The notes under the pieces are model-generated. The model was not told where the DNA came from and made no database searches. It saw only the letters and a program-made list of their open reading frames with translations. DNA of 63,124 nt, the filler included, from Welwitschia mirabilis (Eukaryota): the NCBI GenBank assembly GCA_051453625.1. It is 5 parts of one record of this genome, joined end to end, with 100 filler letters (N's around TTAATTAATTAA, not from the genome) between each part and the next. Parts side by side here need not be neighbours in the genome. Positions count along the whole stretch, not along the records: positions 23,647 to 38,393 come from JBOZIK010000001.1; positions 38,494 to 57,568 come from JBOZIK010000001.1; 3 more parts are not named here. The stretch is one strand, 5' to 3'. Positions 27,701-41,400 of the stretch are shown in pieces. The translations under genes and the position numbers were made by a program. Every line of letters begins with the position of its first letter. Within the stretch, counting starts at the first letter, position 1.

Positions 27701-30038
27701 TAGCATTATATTAACTTCTTGTGTTAGAATTGCATTGGTTCTTGATTCTCTATTCCATATCATTTCTTCAATAATTACTACATCAGAAATTTTTATCTCT
27801 TTTTTAAGATCTTTTAGACTAATTTTCAATATCCCTCTTCTAGAATAAATAGTATCATTTATAGTAGTCATCCAAGATCTCTCCAGAATCAATGCATGAG
27901 TATTTCTTTAAGTTTTCATCACTAAAAAATTTATTAAATAGATAAAACCTTGGAGTGCAATGGGTATATCCTTTAGAACTCCTTCTAGTGTTGATTTTGA
28001 ACCATCTACTAAGTATACATTTTCTTAGTAAGGTATTATTTTTGGTTTTTCCAATTCTTCTAATGTTCCATAGGCCATAACATTGATACTTGATCCTAAA
28101 TCTACAAGTCCTTCTACTATGAGTTTTTCATCAATTTTTACATCTATCATAGGTGTTTTAAAATTACTATACTTGTCATGTTATTTATTTTGAAGAACTT
28201 GCATGGAAGCCTAAGAAACTTGATCCTTCCTTACCATTTCAATTTGTTTTTCCTTATTGCTTTTCATTTTTCTCTTTTGTTTTGAACACATACTCTTCAT
28301 TTGTTTTCAATACATAGACATGTCTTTTAATAACTTTATAAGAGATAATGATATTTTTGTATCTTCTAATATTCTTCTTAAATATTGTATATTCTTTTTA
28401 ACTTTTGAATATTCTATTTGTTTACTTCTCATTGAAAAAGTAAATAACCTACTAAGGGTATCATCTATTGTTTTCCTTTTAATCTCTTTCTCTTCTATAT
28501 CTGAGGGGTTTCTTAAATTTATATTATTTCTTTTTATTCATATGTCACTTTTTGTTTCACAAATCTAGTGGTTATGACCTTACTTATTGCTTCTATAGGA
28601 TTTGATTGAGATTGAGTAGGGATTTTTCCTTTATTTTTCCTTTATGTTTGATTTTTCTCTCTAATCTTTTGAATTTCTATTTTTTCAATTTTTATAGTAG
28701 TCATATTGTTCTTTTCTTTTTAAATTAACATACCTTTATAAAGGACTTTCTATTTTACTTTCTCATTTTCTCCTTTATGAGGCTATGGTTTCTTTTTAGT
28801 TTGAAGTTAATTTCTAGAATTTAAATTTAATCTATTTATATCTAATCATTAAACAAATTCTTACATCCAAGGGTATTCTATTCCATCATGATTATCTTCC
28901 CTTCAATATTTACATGTAGGTCCTTTTTTCTCTTTAAAGTATTATACATCTAACCGATTAAATTTTTCTATCATACTATTAGTTACTTTTAGCTACTTCT
29001 TCTATAATACTGATATGTTTTATGCTATACACACTACCATCTACTTCGAGGGTACATACTTCATTTACCTTTTTCTTCTTTTCATTTTCTTGTCTCCATC
29101 TTTAACTCATGTTATAGAACTGAGTGATGGATTCTCCTACTTTTAGGACATTCTTTGTCCTGATGTTTTCTCTACATAACAAGTCTAATTCTTTTAATGT
29201 TTAACTCTATAGTCCTTTAAGTAAGGCCCTCATTCATTCCCTAGATGTAATTCTATGATTAAAAAATTTATCCAATAATATGTTATACCTGTCCATGAAC
29301 TCATCAAATCTTTTATTATCTGTTTGTTTAATATTCAAGATTTGTTTCCTTAGATCTTCAACCATCCTCATGGTTGAAATTTGGCTAGGAATGCATTTTT
29401 TAAATCTCCTCATGAACTAAAAGCATGACTAGAATTACTATGATAACATAGTTAAGTGTCTCCTTTTAGGAAAAAAAGGAAAAAAAGTCTAATTATGAGT
29501 CAAGATAGTTGGATTTACAAAATGCATTAAACAAGCTTAGATGTAATAGGGTTTCTTCTAACTTTTTATTTTTAAAAGTGTGTATCATGCTAGTATTTAT
29601 TTTTCTTACTTTGTCTAGTTACTATAAGGCTATAGGATTAATAGGACTTAAACCTTCTAACCAATGGGTATCATAATTTAATAGTATTTAATCTCCATCA
29701 TATTGTCAATAGCATCATATTACAAATTTATTTTTAGTCCTTTTTACTTAAACCATTTAGAAGATTCTCCTTATAAGTGAGGTGATGCAAGAATATTACA
29801 TAATTATTGCTTAAATTCATTCATCAATTTGGGGAATATTTTTTCATTTACCAAGAGTTACTTAATCTTCTATAAAATATTCTTATTTTGCTTCTATTTT
29901 AACATTAGTTTCAGTTCGCTTATCTAGACCATATTTATGTGAATCTCTAACATACCTACCTCTTTCATTCCATCATTTTCCTTGGCTATCTTATTGTATT
30001 ATAGTTTTTGTTATCTCTGCTAGTTGACTTTAGAGTAA
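24800..30038 (-). mobile_element. Degenerate Athila-like gag-pol with complete domain order gag-PR-RT-RH-INT
   Basis: INT C-terminus GPYII...YQVNGQR (24816-25001); RT LAHKISQKGIEID...FLTHVGYHRRFI (26633-26839); protease-region ORF 27653-27892; gag near 29000-29650. All frames broken. Confidence 0.85.
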
Positions 30039-30055
30039 CCCTCCTTCTAGCACCA
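30039..30055 (-). promoter_or_regulatory. tRNA-Asn-type PBS
   Basis: CCCTCCTTCTAGCACCA matches the plant tRNA-Asn(GTT) 3' end CCCTCCTTCTAGCGCCA (recalled sequence) at 16/17 positions. LTR terminus TG at 30059. Confidence 0.8.
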
Positions 30056-30058
30056 AAG

Positions 30059-31577
30059 TGATGGGTTCTTATGTGGTGAAATAAGTGTAAAAAATATTAT
30101 AAAATAATATTAAATAATGTAAAATATTACTAGAAAAATGTAGAAACTATATTGATGTTGATCTAAAATAAGCTCACACTATTAAATAAAACTAATAAAA
30201 GGCTTACTAGAGGACTAGTGAAGATTCAACCATTTAGTTTAAAATGCATTATCATGATAGTCTTATGATAAAGTTACTTGAACTAGTAAGGTTGGTTTAT
30301 TACTATTAAGTTACTATATATTTATATTATATCAAAGGAAATGAAGAAAGCAACAAATCATGATAGAAATTAAACAAGTTGCTAGATAATACTTATTTCT
30401 AAGTACTACTAATTATTTTTATTTATGTTCAGCTATACAAATAGGAGGAAGTAAAAATAATATTACTTTTTAAGTAATAGAACATTCATATATTAATACA
30501 CAAATATGTTTTTTAGCTTTATATTAAAATACTAATTGCTATATAAAGATGCGCTAAGTTTTGTGTTCTGCTTTGCAAATAATGCTTGAAGTGTGGGAAA
30601 TGCAGATATGCCCTTTCAGGATAACTGAAGCTCTCTTTCTTGACCTTCTTACTTAGTCTATTCCTAAAATGTTTTACTGAAAATATCCCACCTTTGGTAG
30701 TGATTATATTTTTATAATCTTATTTGTTTGTTTTTTTCCATTCTTTACTCTTTGAGAATAGGTATATGATTGGTGTTGTTACTATTTTTCCACCACCTTA
30801 ACCTTATTTCTCATCTTCGTGCCACATGATAACCTATACTTAAAATGTAATAATAAAATATATACATACTAACCTACTAACATACTGACTAACTAATCTA
30901 TTGATTAGTAAGTATACTAATAAAGAAAAACATCTATTATTATNNNNNNNNNNNNNNNNNNNNNNNNNNNNNNNNNNNNNNNNNNNNNNNNNNNNNNNNN
31001 NNNNNNNNNNNNNNNNNNNNNNNNNNNNNNNNNNNNNNNNNNNNNNNNNNNNNNNNNNNNNNNNNNNNNNNNNNNNNNNNNNNNNNNNNNNNNNNNNNNN
31101 NNNNNNNNNNNNNNNNNNNNNNNNNNNNNNNNNNNNNNNNNNNNNNNNNNNNNNNNNNNNNNNNNNNNNNNNNNNNNNNNNNNNNNNNNNNNNNNNNNNN
31201 NNNNNNNNNNNNNNNNNNNNNNNNNNNNNNNNNNNNNNNNNNNNNNNNNNNNNNNNNNNNNNNNNNNNNNNNNNNNNNNNNNNNNNNNNNNNNNNNNNNN
31301 NNNNNNNNNNNNNNNNNNNNNNNNNNNNNNNNNNNNNNNNNNNNNNNNNNNNNNNNNNNNNNNNNNNNNNNNNNNNNNNNNCCACATGATAACCTATACT
31401 TAAAATGTAATAATAAAATATATACATGCTAACCTACTACCATACTGACTAACTAATCTATTGATTAGTAAGTATACTAATAAAGAAAAACATCTATTAT
31501 TATTTATAATGCATAATTAAGATAATGAAAATACTTTATTAATAAGTAGGATTTATATTAAAATTTATCCTTATCCA
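30059..31577 (-). repeat. 5' LTR of the Asn-primed element (contains a gap)
   Basis: Starts TGATG next to the PBS. Putative other end TTATCCTTATCCA, where unrelated Athila 3'-UTR sequence begins. Confidence 0.55.
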
Positions 31578-32811
31578 TATTTTATAGTGATAAGATTGGA
31601 TTCACCCAATCTTAAGACATTCACCTATCTATGAACTTTGTTTGAAAGAAAGATGCCTTGGTTCTTATATTTTTATTAATGGTTTAAGGTCTTTGGTTTT
31701 TTAGGTGTGTTATTTTCTATTTTTCATCTCACTTCTTCCACTTTGTATTTTAGAGCATGTGGTCATGTGGGATTTATCCAAAAAAAATGAGAAAGAATAA
31801 TGACTTTGATCTATTATGTCTGTGCTAAATACATGATCACCATGATGTCCCACTGCACCACAATAAATCTTTCCAAAAAGAATCTTTGGTAGTGTTGGTA
31901 GTTTTGGGAACTCCACTGGGAATCAGTTAGCCATACTTCACAGGTCCTTACTTCTCTAACTGTGGTTACGCTTCCTTCATCATAGAAGATAGTAATAAAA
32001 CTTTAAATCTATGGGATCAATGGTGTTCCTAGTATCATCAAAGACATTTCTTGTTTTCTAGACCTTAGTATTCCCATATAATAATTTCACTTTTGAGAAT
32101 TAGGATGTATTTTGAGGTGTAAGTATATGAGTTCATTTCTAAGTAGCTTTTAGTCTTATCATTCATTGTTTAGAGAACTTAATCTTTAGTGTCATCATAA
32201 TAACTACATTTTTTAGTGGAACTTTATAGACTCAATACATTTTATCATGCATCTTTACTAAGGTGACTTTATGATATCTTTGAAGGGGATTTTCTAGATT
32301 AGGATTGAAGGTAGGTATGATATCTTCTTCATGTTCTTAGTTGTCTATTTTCATTTTTTTTCTTTGATTAATTAGTTTGTTATTTCAAAAACATTTTCAT
32401 ACTTTTTCATCATTATCTTTAGGATCTTATCATTTAATAGTTTTCTTTCATTATTTTCATTTTCACTCATGTTATTTAATTAATAAAACTTAACTTACTT
32501 ATGTTAGTTTATCAATAAAAGTTGACTTTATTTTAGCATTTTTATTAGATAATATTTTGTTCAATTTAGATGATGTTTTTTATGATTTTCATGATGTTCC
32601 TTTATAGGTTTTTGGAATTTTAGATATTTTTCATGATTATTTTTTAGTTTGGACATATTTGTTTACTTTGTTTATCATGCTTCTTCCCACTTAGTATATT
32701 TTCATTACCTTATCTTTCAATTATTTAGAGTTTTTCTCATTCTTGATCCTTATTCATTATGATTTTTTACCATTCCTTATCTTTCAAATTTTTTGATAAA
32801 TTTTAATATTG
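31578..32811 (+). mobile_element. Athila 3'-UTR fragment, inverted homolog of ~35200-35935
   Basis: For example TTATAGTGATAAGATTGGATTCACCCAATCTTAAGACATTCACCTATCTATGAACTTT matches the reverse complement of 35873-35931. Confidence 0.65.
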
Positions 32812-33923
32812 TGTTGTAGTATGTATTTTTGCATCTTCATGTCTTACTTTAAACCTATTAATCAAAATATATAGATTGCAAAATACACTATCTAATATGA
32901 ATGGGAGTGACCCAAATGTTGTAACCCATTAAAGACCTATGAGAAGAAAGAGAATTACTTTTTAGAGAATACCATAACCAAAACTAAGAATAAGAAAGTA
33001 CATATGTGATGTAATGTAAGTGAAACTAAATTTACATTCATTGCAAAATGAAACTAAACTACTTTCTTTAGCCTTAACAAAGGTTATCTTTAAAACCTAT
33101 ATTGCTAATGAAACTGTCACCAGCTCAAGAGCAGCATAAACTATAAGGGAAATATAATAAAATTAAGATGAATAATTGAAAATAGAGTTTTATATTAAAA
33201 ATAGAACTAGCACCTAGATTACAAAATAGTTAAGCCTTAATGGAGGATGCACAACACTTTACCAAGGAAATATCTTTCTTCAACTCATGAGATGGATCTA
33301 CAACCCTTCAATCTCCTATTACAAAAATGTCTGGTACATATGAAGATGGAGAGAAGAGTTAAAAGGGGTCTTATTTATAGGATTCAAAACCAAAACCAAT
33401 GCATAGAAGGCATTGTAAAATGTACTCCATTATAGAAAAGAAACAAATTAAACAGACAAAAATCATTTGGTAGTTACAAGTATCATCCTGTCTATCATGG
33501 AGACAACTAAGGGGATGATGGATCAAAAATTACACTTGTCACTCTTCATGTTATGGGGACGACCATGAAGATGATAGCCCTTTATAAAATATGGCTTAGC
33601 AGTATCAGCTTTAGTCCACATTATCATCCTATATGGTATCTAAAGTGTTACCATCCTATCTATCATCGAGATGGCAGAGGGGATGATAGTCTTCTTTATC
33701 CTTCTAACTGAGGAGAAGCTAGCTTTTTTCATCAGTGATCTTCTTCTAAAGTCATATGCATCGGAATGTTCCTTAAATGTCTCTAATCATTCCAATAATT
33801 GCACATTTCTAAAATCTTCTATCAATTCTCCATAATCCTTAGAATTGCATCTAAACCTATGTAAATGTCTTGCAAAATATCTCATAACACCCCATCAAAT
33901 ACATATAATTTAGTAGTGCATCA
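32812..33923 (-). repeat. Athila-like 3' LTR, same family as 2102-3949
   Basis: TGTTG...GTGCATCA termini, followed by the PPT complement TCCCCACTTAGCC. Confidence 0.8.
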
Positions 33924-36900
33924 TAGATCCCCACTTAGCCTTTGTTAGTTCTTGATAGAAACTAGATGAACAACTATAATTGCAAGCCAAATCATCTTAA
34001 AAACATCAATATGAAATTATAAAATAGGCTCATAAATAATTTGAAACACATTACATAACAAAATAACATGTAATGCATCATGTCTATGGAGTAAAAATTT
34101 CAAAATTATGTCTCAGAAAATCTCTTAAATAACTTGAAAAATTATGAAAATGAGCCATGAAAATGAGTTCTAGCCCCTTCCCTCCAAAAAATAAATAATA
34201 TNNNNNNNNNNNNNNNNNNNNNNNNNNNNNNNNNNNNNNNNNNNNNNNNNNNNNNNNNNNNNNNNNNNNNNNNNNNNNNNNNNNNNNNNNNNNNNNNNNN
34301 NNNNNNNNNNNNNNNNNNNNNNNNNNNNNNNNNNNNNNNNNNNNNNNNNNNNNNNNNNNNNNNNNNNNNNNNNNNNNNNNNNNNNNNNNNNNNNNNNNNN
34401 NNNNNNNNNNNNNNNNNNNNNNNNNNNNNNNNNNNNNNNNNNNNNNNNNNNNNNNNNNNNNNNNNNNNNNNNNNNNNNNNNNNNNNNNNNNNNNNNNNNN
34501 NNNNNNNNNNNNNNNNNNNNNNNNNNNNNNNNNNNNNNNNNNNNNNNNNNNNNNNNNNNNNNNNNNNNNNNNNNNNNNNNCTATGGAGTAAAAATTTCAA
34601 AATTATGTCTCATAAAATCTCTTAAATAACTTGAAAAATTATGAAAATGAGCCATGAAAATGAATTCTAGCCCCTTCCCTCCAAAAGATAAATAATATGT
34701 CCTCTATTGACTGGTAAAGCAAAGAAAGCAGATGGGAATGAGAAAGCAGATGATGGATGTTTCTGAATTTGGGTAACTCTCTGAATCAAGTACAAATTTA
34801 AGTATAGAAATTTTAAATTTAAAAAAAAAATAGAGATGTATGAAATATTCTAACAAGCATGAAAAAAGTACCTAGTAAAAATGTTCTAATTAAGATGAAA
34901 CAGATCCATGAATGCCCAACAAATATTCCATCACAAAATAACTAAGAGCAGTGTTTAGAACTCCAAAAGACTAAAAATAAACATCATCAAAATCATTAAG
35001 AAAACTTATCTAAGCAAGAAATAAACTCTTTATCAAAAAATAGACAAAAAATCATTAAACGTTAAGGTCCGAAAATGATAAGCAAATACAAAAATGACTT
35101 TGAAATAACCAACTAATCCATGAAACAAGACAAAAAGAATGGACATAAGGTAAGATAAAGAAGATAGCCTATCTACCCTAAATTTTAATGTAGTAGACTC
35201 CTAAGGAAAAAAGTATAACATCACTTAATTTTAAAATGTATGACTTGATGTATTAAAAATTCCATTTGATAAGGTAGTGATTATGATGATGCCAAAAATC
35301 AAATGCTTTAAACAATGAATGATAAAACTAAAGAATTGCTTAAAACGAAGTCACCTCTTCACATCTCAAAATAAACACCTGAATCCTAATAAATTATAGT
35401 ATCATGTGAAAAGATAAAGAGTCTAGAAAATAATCAATGCCTCTGATGACACTAGGAACACCAGTGATCCGATAGCTGCCATGTTACTATTATTTTATTA
35501 TCTAACTATCCATGATGAGGGAAGTAAGTACTTACAAAGCATGGCCAACTGACCCCTCAGTGGAGTTCCCACAGTTATCATATTACAGTGCCAAAGGCTC
35601 CTCTCAGGAAAATCTACCCTAGTGTACTTATGATGAGACATCATGGTAACCATGTTTTTAAGGTATCTCAAATATAAAACATCATAACCTTATTTTACTT
35701 TCTTTTTCTTTTTGGCACAAACTGAAACAGATGAAAATGTTCCACATGACCAAACACTCCAAAATGCAAAGGTGAAGTCATAAGATAAAATACAAAAAAG
35801 AATACCCTTAAACAATCTAAAACCTTTTCATCATTGAGAAGAATATTAAAAATAAAACATCTTTATTCAAACTAAAGTTCATAGATGTGTGAATTTCTTA
35901 AGATTAAGCGAATCTAATCTTACCACTATAAGATGCCCAAGTCAAAGACTAGTTATGAAAATAAATACATAAGTCATGTTTAAAAGATAATCAAGTGATA
36001 TCATAATGTNNNNNNNNGGAAAAAGCTAAGAGAAAATTTAGATAATGGTAGGAAAGAAGTCCTCCTTATCGAGGAAAATATCTAAGGCTAGTACTTCTAT
36101 CATGTTTATATTAGAACATTGCTCGTATATTTTCAATCTTTGTCCATTAAATCTTTGAATTTCTATAGTGGTTAAGTTAAAAATCTTAACAGAGCCATTA
36201 GAATGTACTTTTTCAAAAAGATAAGGATCTAACTATTTTGAGATTGACTTGTTGTATAGAAGATGTACTCTAGTGTTGTATAATAAGACACGTTGACTAG
36301 GTTCAAAGTTCTTATGAATTAACTTTTTATCATGCTTAAACTTACTTTGGGCTTTATGGATAAGTTGATAATGAATAGCTCAAGTTTGTTTTTCATCTAA
36401 ATGATCCAATTAATCTAAACAAGTTTTAATGTTTTCTTCTAAGTCCACAAGATTAAGTTAATGTGTAGAATGATAAGAATTGTAACAAACATCAACAAGT
36501 AAAATACAAACTTTACCATATATAAGTTTATAAGATGAAAAACTAAGTGAATTAACACTAAGTGATACAGTAGGCCCAAAGCACATCACTTAGTTTAAAA
36601 TACTATGACTTCTTATTGGTAGATACAAGTCTTTGAAGCATTTTTTTGATTTCTCTATTAGCATTTTTGGCTTATCCATTAGTTTGAGGATGATAAACAC
36701 AAGCTACACGATGTTCTATGCAAATGGATAAAAAAAGTTTTCTAAAAATATGATTAATGAAGTGAGTTCCCTGATCACTAATTATTATTTGAGGAAAACC
36801 AATGCATTAAAAAATTTAAGCTCTAACAAAGTTGCAAGTGGTTCGGGAATCATTTGAGTAAGTAGAAACTACTTCAACTCATTTAGTCACATAATCCATA

Positions 36901-38344
36901 GTCACTATAATGTAATTTTTGTTCTTAGAAGGTGGTTTAATTAGGCCTATAAAATCGATTCCCTAATAGTCAAAAGATTCACATTATATAATAGGTTTGA
37001 GGATAATTTCCTATGATCGTAAAAGTCTAACAAAATATTGACATGCATCACACCTTCTAGCATACTCAAAAGATTCCTAAAATGACTAGGCCAATAGAAT
37101 CTAGAGTGGAGAATTTTCATGGCTATTTTCTAGCTGCTAAAATATTCACCACAAATACTATCATGATAAAGGTAAAGGATATTAGGTTTCTCCCATTTGG
37201 GTACACATTTTCTCATGATTTAACCCTTACATATATGATAAATATGGGGCATTATCCACTTATAGTCACCGATCCTATGTAGAAAATATTTTCTTTGATT
37301 ATGACTCCAATTTTATGGTGTTTTTAAAGTAATAAGGTATTTGACAATATCGATGTAACATGAAGGAGGAATGAGTAGAAGATACAAAAAATAATTGTTC
37401 ATCTAAAAAAGAATCATTGATAGGAAGATCATCAGAAGAAGAAGTAAGGTGTGATAAGTGATCTACCATGTTATTACGTCTTCTTGCTTTATTTATGATA
37501 ATGAGATTAAATTCTTGCATTAACAAGATCCATCCAATCAACTTAGCATTGAAATCTTTTTTAGTCATTAGGTATTTAATCATTACATGGTCTATGTAGA
37601 CATTTGTGTGGAAGCCTAAAAGATAATGTCTAAGATTGTTGAGGTAAAATATTATGGCTAATATTTCTTTTTTAGTAGTTAAATAATTTACTTGAGCTTT
37701 GAACAATGTTTTAGCATGGTAAGATATGACTTTAAACTTATTTTCATATTTCTACCTAAGCACCCCACCTATAGTAAAATTACTAGCATCACGTATAAAC
37801 TCAAAATCTTTTTTCCAATTAGGTTTTATTATGATAGGGACATAAGAGAGTTTATGTTTGAGTTTATCAAAAGCAAGCTGGCAAGATATATTCCAATCAA
37901 ATTTGGCTTCTTTTTCTAGTAATAAGTGTAGGGGTTTATAAACTATATGAAACAGCGACTACAATTTCCAAGAAAAGATCGAAGCTACTTAACATTGGTT
38001 AGATGAGTTAAGTGTTGAATGATACCAATTTTCTCTGGGTCCATCTTAATTACTCTTTTAGAAATGTGATGGCATAGAACAATTCCACTTTCAACTAAGA
38101 ATAAACTCTTACCAACTTAAGTGAAGGCCATATTCTATGCATCTATTAAGGAATTTTTCTAATCTTTCTAAAGTCTAATCAAAGGTTTCTCCAAAGATAT
38201 CCATAAATATTTCTATTAAATCCTCTAACGTGTTTGAAAAGATACCCATCATATCATGTTAAAAATTTCTGGGAGTATTACATAAACCAAAAGGCATTCA
38301 TCTAAAAGCAAACGTCTTGAATAATAAATTAAAAGTGATTTTGT

Positions 38345-38346
<2 letters not shown>
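33924..38346 (-). mobile_element. Athila internal region: 3' UTR, integrase, RNaseH and partial RT
   Basis: RH ORF 37299-37706 (NYLTTKKEILAI...DH..IKYLMTKKD...WILLMQEF...DHLS). INT at 36050-37250 includes YHPQTNG. RT MPFGLCN near 38280-38300. Cut by a (TA)n run and a scaffold linker. Confidence 0.85.
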
Positions 38347-38388
<42 letters not shown>

Positions 38389-38493
38389 GAAAGNNNNNNN
38401 NNNNNNNNNNNNNNNNNNNNNNNNNNNNNNNNNNNNNTTAATTAATTAANNNNNNNNNNNNNNNNNNNNNNNNNNNNNNNNNNNNNNNNNNNN

Positions 38494-41400
38494 TAGATTG
38501 GGGATAATAAGCAAAGAAGAGTTTATGATGAACTCCATACTTAAACAAAAACTTTTCAAAGGCTTAACTAGTTATATGGGTTCCCTCTCTGATATAAGAC
38601 TCTTAGGCCTTCCAAACCTATGAAAGATATTCTTAGATAAGAATTTGACTATGGTTTTAGTGGAACAGTTAGGAATAGCCTCAGCTTCAGCACATTTAGC
38701 TAAATAATCCACATATACTAGAATGTATTTCTTTCCATAGGATGTTAGATTAATGGGACAAATGAAATCTATTCCCTAGACATCAAAGAACTCTAAGGCT
38801 TAAATCCATTATTGGGGTTTTCACATTACCTTTGATCATGCTCCCTTTCTTTTACACTTGTTACATCCTTTAGTGTAATTGAAAGAGTTCTTTAATAGAG
38901 AAGTCCAATAATATCCTACATTTATAATTTTGATAGATGTTCTTTTTCTTCCATAATAACCTCCTTCATTCTCTGCATGAAAAGTCTGTAGAAGCTTCTT
39001 TTAATTAGACTTACCAATGCATCTCTTAATGACACCATTACTTTAAAATCCGAAGAGGATCTTCTTCTCTCATATATAATTTTTTACTTCATTAACAATC
39101 TATTTTTCTCATAATAGGTTAAGTAAGGAGGTACTTTCTTACTTATTAAGAAGTTAGCAATATCAAAAAACCAAAGAGTTTGTTGTAAACTTGCTAAATG
39201 CTTATCAAAGAAACTATATTGGGTATCTAATTATTTATTCTCTTTAGGGAATTCCAATCTAGACAGATGATCAGCCACTAGATTCTTTATTTCCTTCTTA
39301 TTTATCATCTTGAAATCAAATTCCTGCATTAAAAGTATTCACCTTATGATTTAAGAATTTTCTTCCTTATTGTTCATTAAAAATCATATAGCACTATGAT
39401 CTGTGTGAACTTTAACCTTGTAACCTAGGATATAATACCTAAACTTATCTAAGGCTACTACTATGGCTAGCATCTCTTTTTCTGTAATTGTGTAGTTTTG
39501 TTGTGTAGAATTAAGGTTCTTACTTATGTAACTGATAGCATAGGATTTACAATTGTCATCTTTCTATTCCAAAATAGCACTAATGGCATACTGTGAAGCA
39601 TCAATCATAATGTGAAAAATTTTTGTCTACATCTGGTTTTTGTAAGATAGGGGTCTCAACTAATTTATTTTTAAGAATTTAGAAAGCTCTTTGGCATTCT
39701 TGGGTTCACTCATAGGGCATATGTTTTTGTAAAAGATTACTTAATGGTTTAGTACTTTTAATAAAATTAGTAATGAATCTTCTATAATACCCCACACAAC
39801 TCAGAAATGATTTCAATTCTTTTAGTTTAGTTGGTGGAGGAATTTCTTTAATGACGTTAATTATTTGCTCATCAGTTTCAATTCTTCTAACTTATATTAT
39901 ATGTCCTAAAATAATCCTTTCGACCACCATGAGATGACTTTTAGACTAGCTTAATTTCAAATTCTTTTCTTCACATCAAATAAGTACAGCTTATAGTCTT
40001 TCCAAACCTTTGTCAAAATCATTTTCAAAAGTTGAGAAGTCATCCATGAAAACCTCAACTGACCTTCCTATCATGTCTAGAAAAATATTATTCGCTAGCC
40101 TCTGAAAAGTGGATGGTGCATTACATAACCCAAAAGGTAAAGCTTTAAAAGCATATGTATCCCAGTTGCAAGTAAAAGTAGTTTTCGCTTGATCTTCAAG
40201 AGCTATAGGAATTTCATTATACCCACTGTATTCATCTAAAAAACTATAGTATTTATGATAAGGAATTCTTTCTAAAACTTGATCCACACAGGATAAAGGA
40301 AAATGATCCTTATAAGTAGCAGCATTTAGTAGCTTAAGTCTATGCATACTCTTTATTTATTATTATTCTTAAGAAGCACTATCACATGACTTACTATTCT
40401 GAATTATAAATAGGATAGATGAATCCTATTTTTACTAGCCTTAAAATTTTCTTCTTGATCACATCTTACATGTGAGGATTACATCTCCTTTCTAGTTGCC
40501 TCATAGGCTTTACAGTGATATCTAACTAAATTTTATATTAACATATTATAGGGTATACCCTAGTAATATCTTCATGAGTCCAAATAAAATCATTAGTATA
40601 TTTATCCAACATCTTTTTTTATTTTTTCTTTTGAGAGTGATTCAAATTTCCGTTGATAATTAAAGGTTAATTTTTCGGAATTTCAATGTATTCCAAACCT
40701 TTCTCAAGATAAGGTTTCTCAAGTTCCTTTTATTTTTCTACTAGTTTAATAGTCAAGGAGTAGTCTCTTCTTTCAATGTCTTATTCTTCTAATTGTTTGA
40801 AATTCTTTCATGAGAATCATGTTAGCACTATTCCTCTTGTTAGTAAGGAAGTGTTCAACTTCTACCTCATCAAATATTTTTATTTTCTTCACTAGGTCTC
40901 TTAGACTAATCTCCATTACTCCCTTTTTGAAATAAATAGTTGCATTGGTTGTTCCCATCTAATGTCTCCCTAGGATGATAAGATGAGTATTTCCTTTTAT
41001 CTTCATAATAAGTAAATCCACCAGCTATCCAAATCCTTGTAGTTCTATTAAGATGCTATTCATTATTCCCTGCGGCTTTACTACAAAGCCATCTATCATG
41101 TAAACTCATCTATTATATGAAGTTAACTGTGAACTTCCAATTGTTCAAGTATATCATGGTAAATGAGATTAATACTTACCTTTAAATCCACCAAAGCTTC
41201 TATTTTACAAGCACCTTCAATAATTATATCTACTACTAGTATTCTAAGGTCACTATATTTTTCAATTTGATTTTCTTGCAAAGCTTGAGTAGAGGTCCCA
41301 ATATACGTAAACTCTTTTAGTTAATTCCTTTATTAATTGTTCATCATTAGTTTTGTCTTTCTTTTTCTTAGTCCCCTCTTTACTACACAATTTCTTCATT

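Noticed and set aside
2102..33923. LTRs 2102-3949 and 32812-33923 as the two ends of one 32-kb element
   Set aside because: The PBS lies left of the first and the PPT right of the second, so both interiors point outward. They are separate insertions of one family, also separated by a scaffold linker.
2662..34600. Long ORFs containing X runs (for example 2662-3291, 30840-31427, 34142-34600)
   Set aside because: Their length comes from N gaps; they are not real coding sequence.
2760..34698. Near-identical direct repeats flanking N gaps (2760-2821/3212-3268, 3417-3465/3566-3614, ~20428-20655/20872-21098, ~23120-23216/23318-23413, 30822-30943/31382-31503, 34084-34201/34581-34698)
   Set aside because: Each pair abuts a gap on both sides, typical of unmerged overlapping or allelic contig ends. 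True gap sizes are probably zero or negative.
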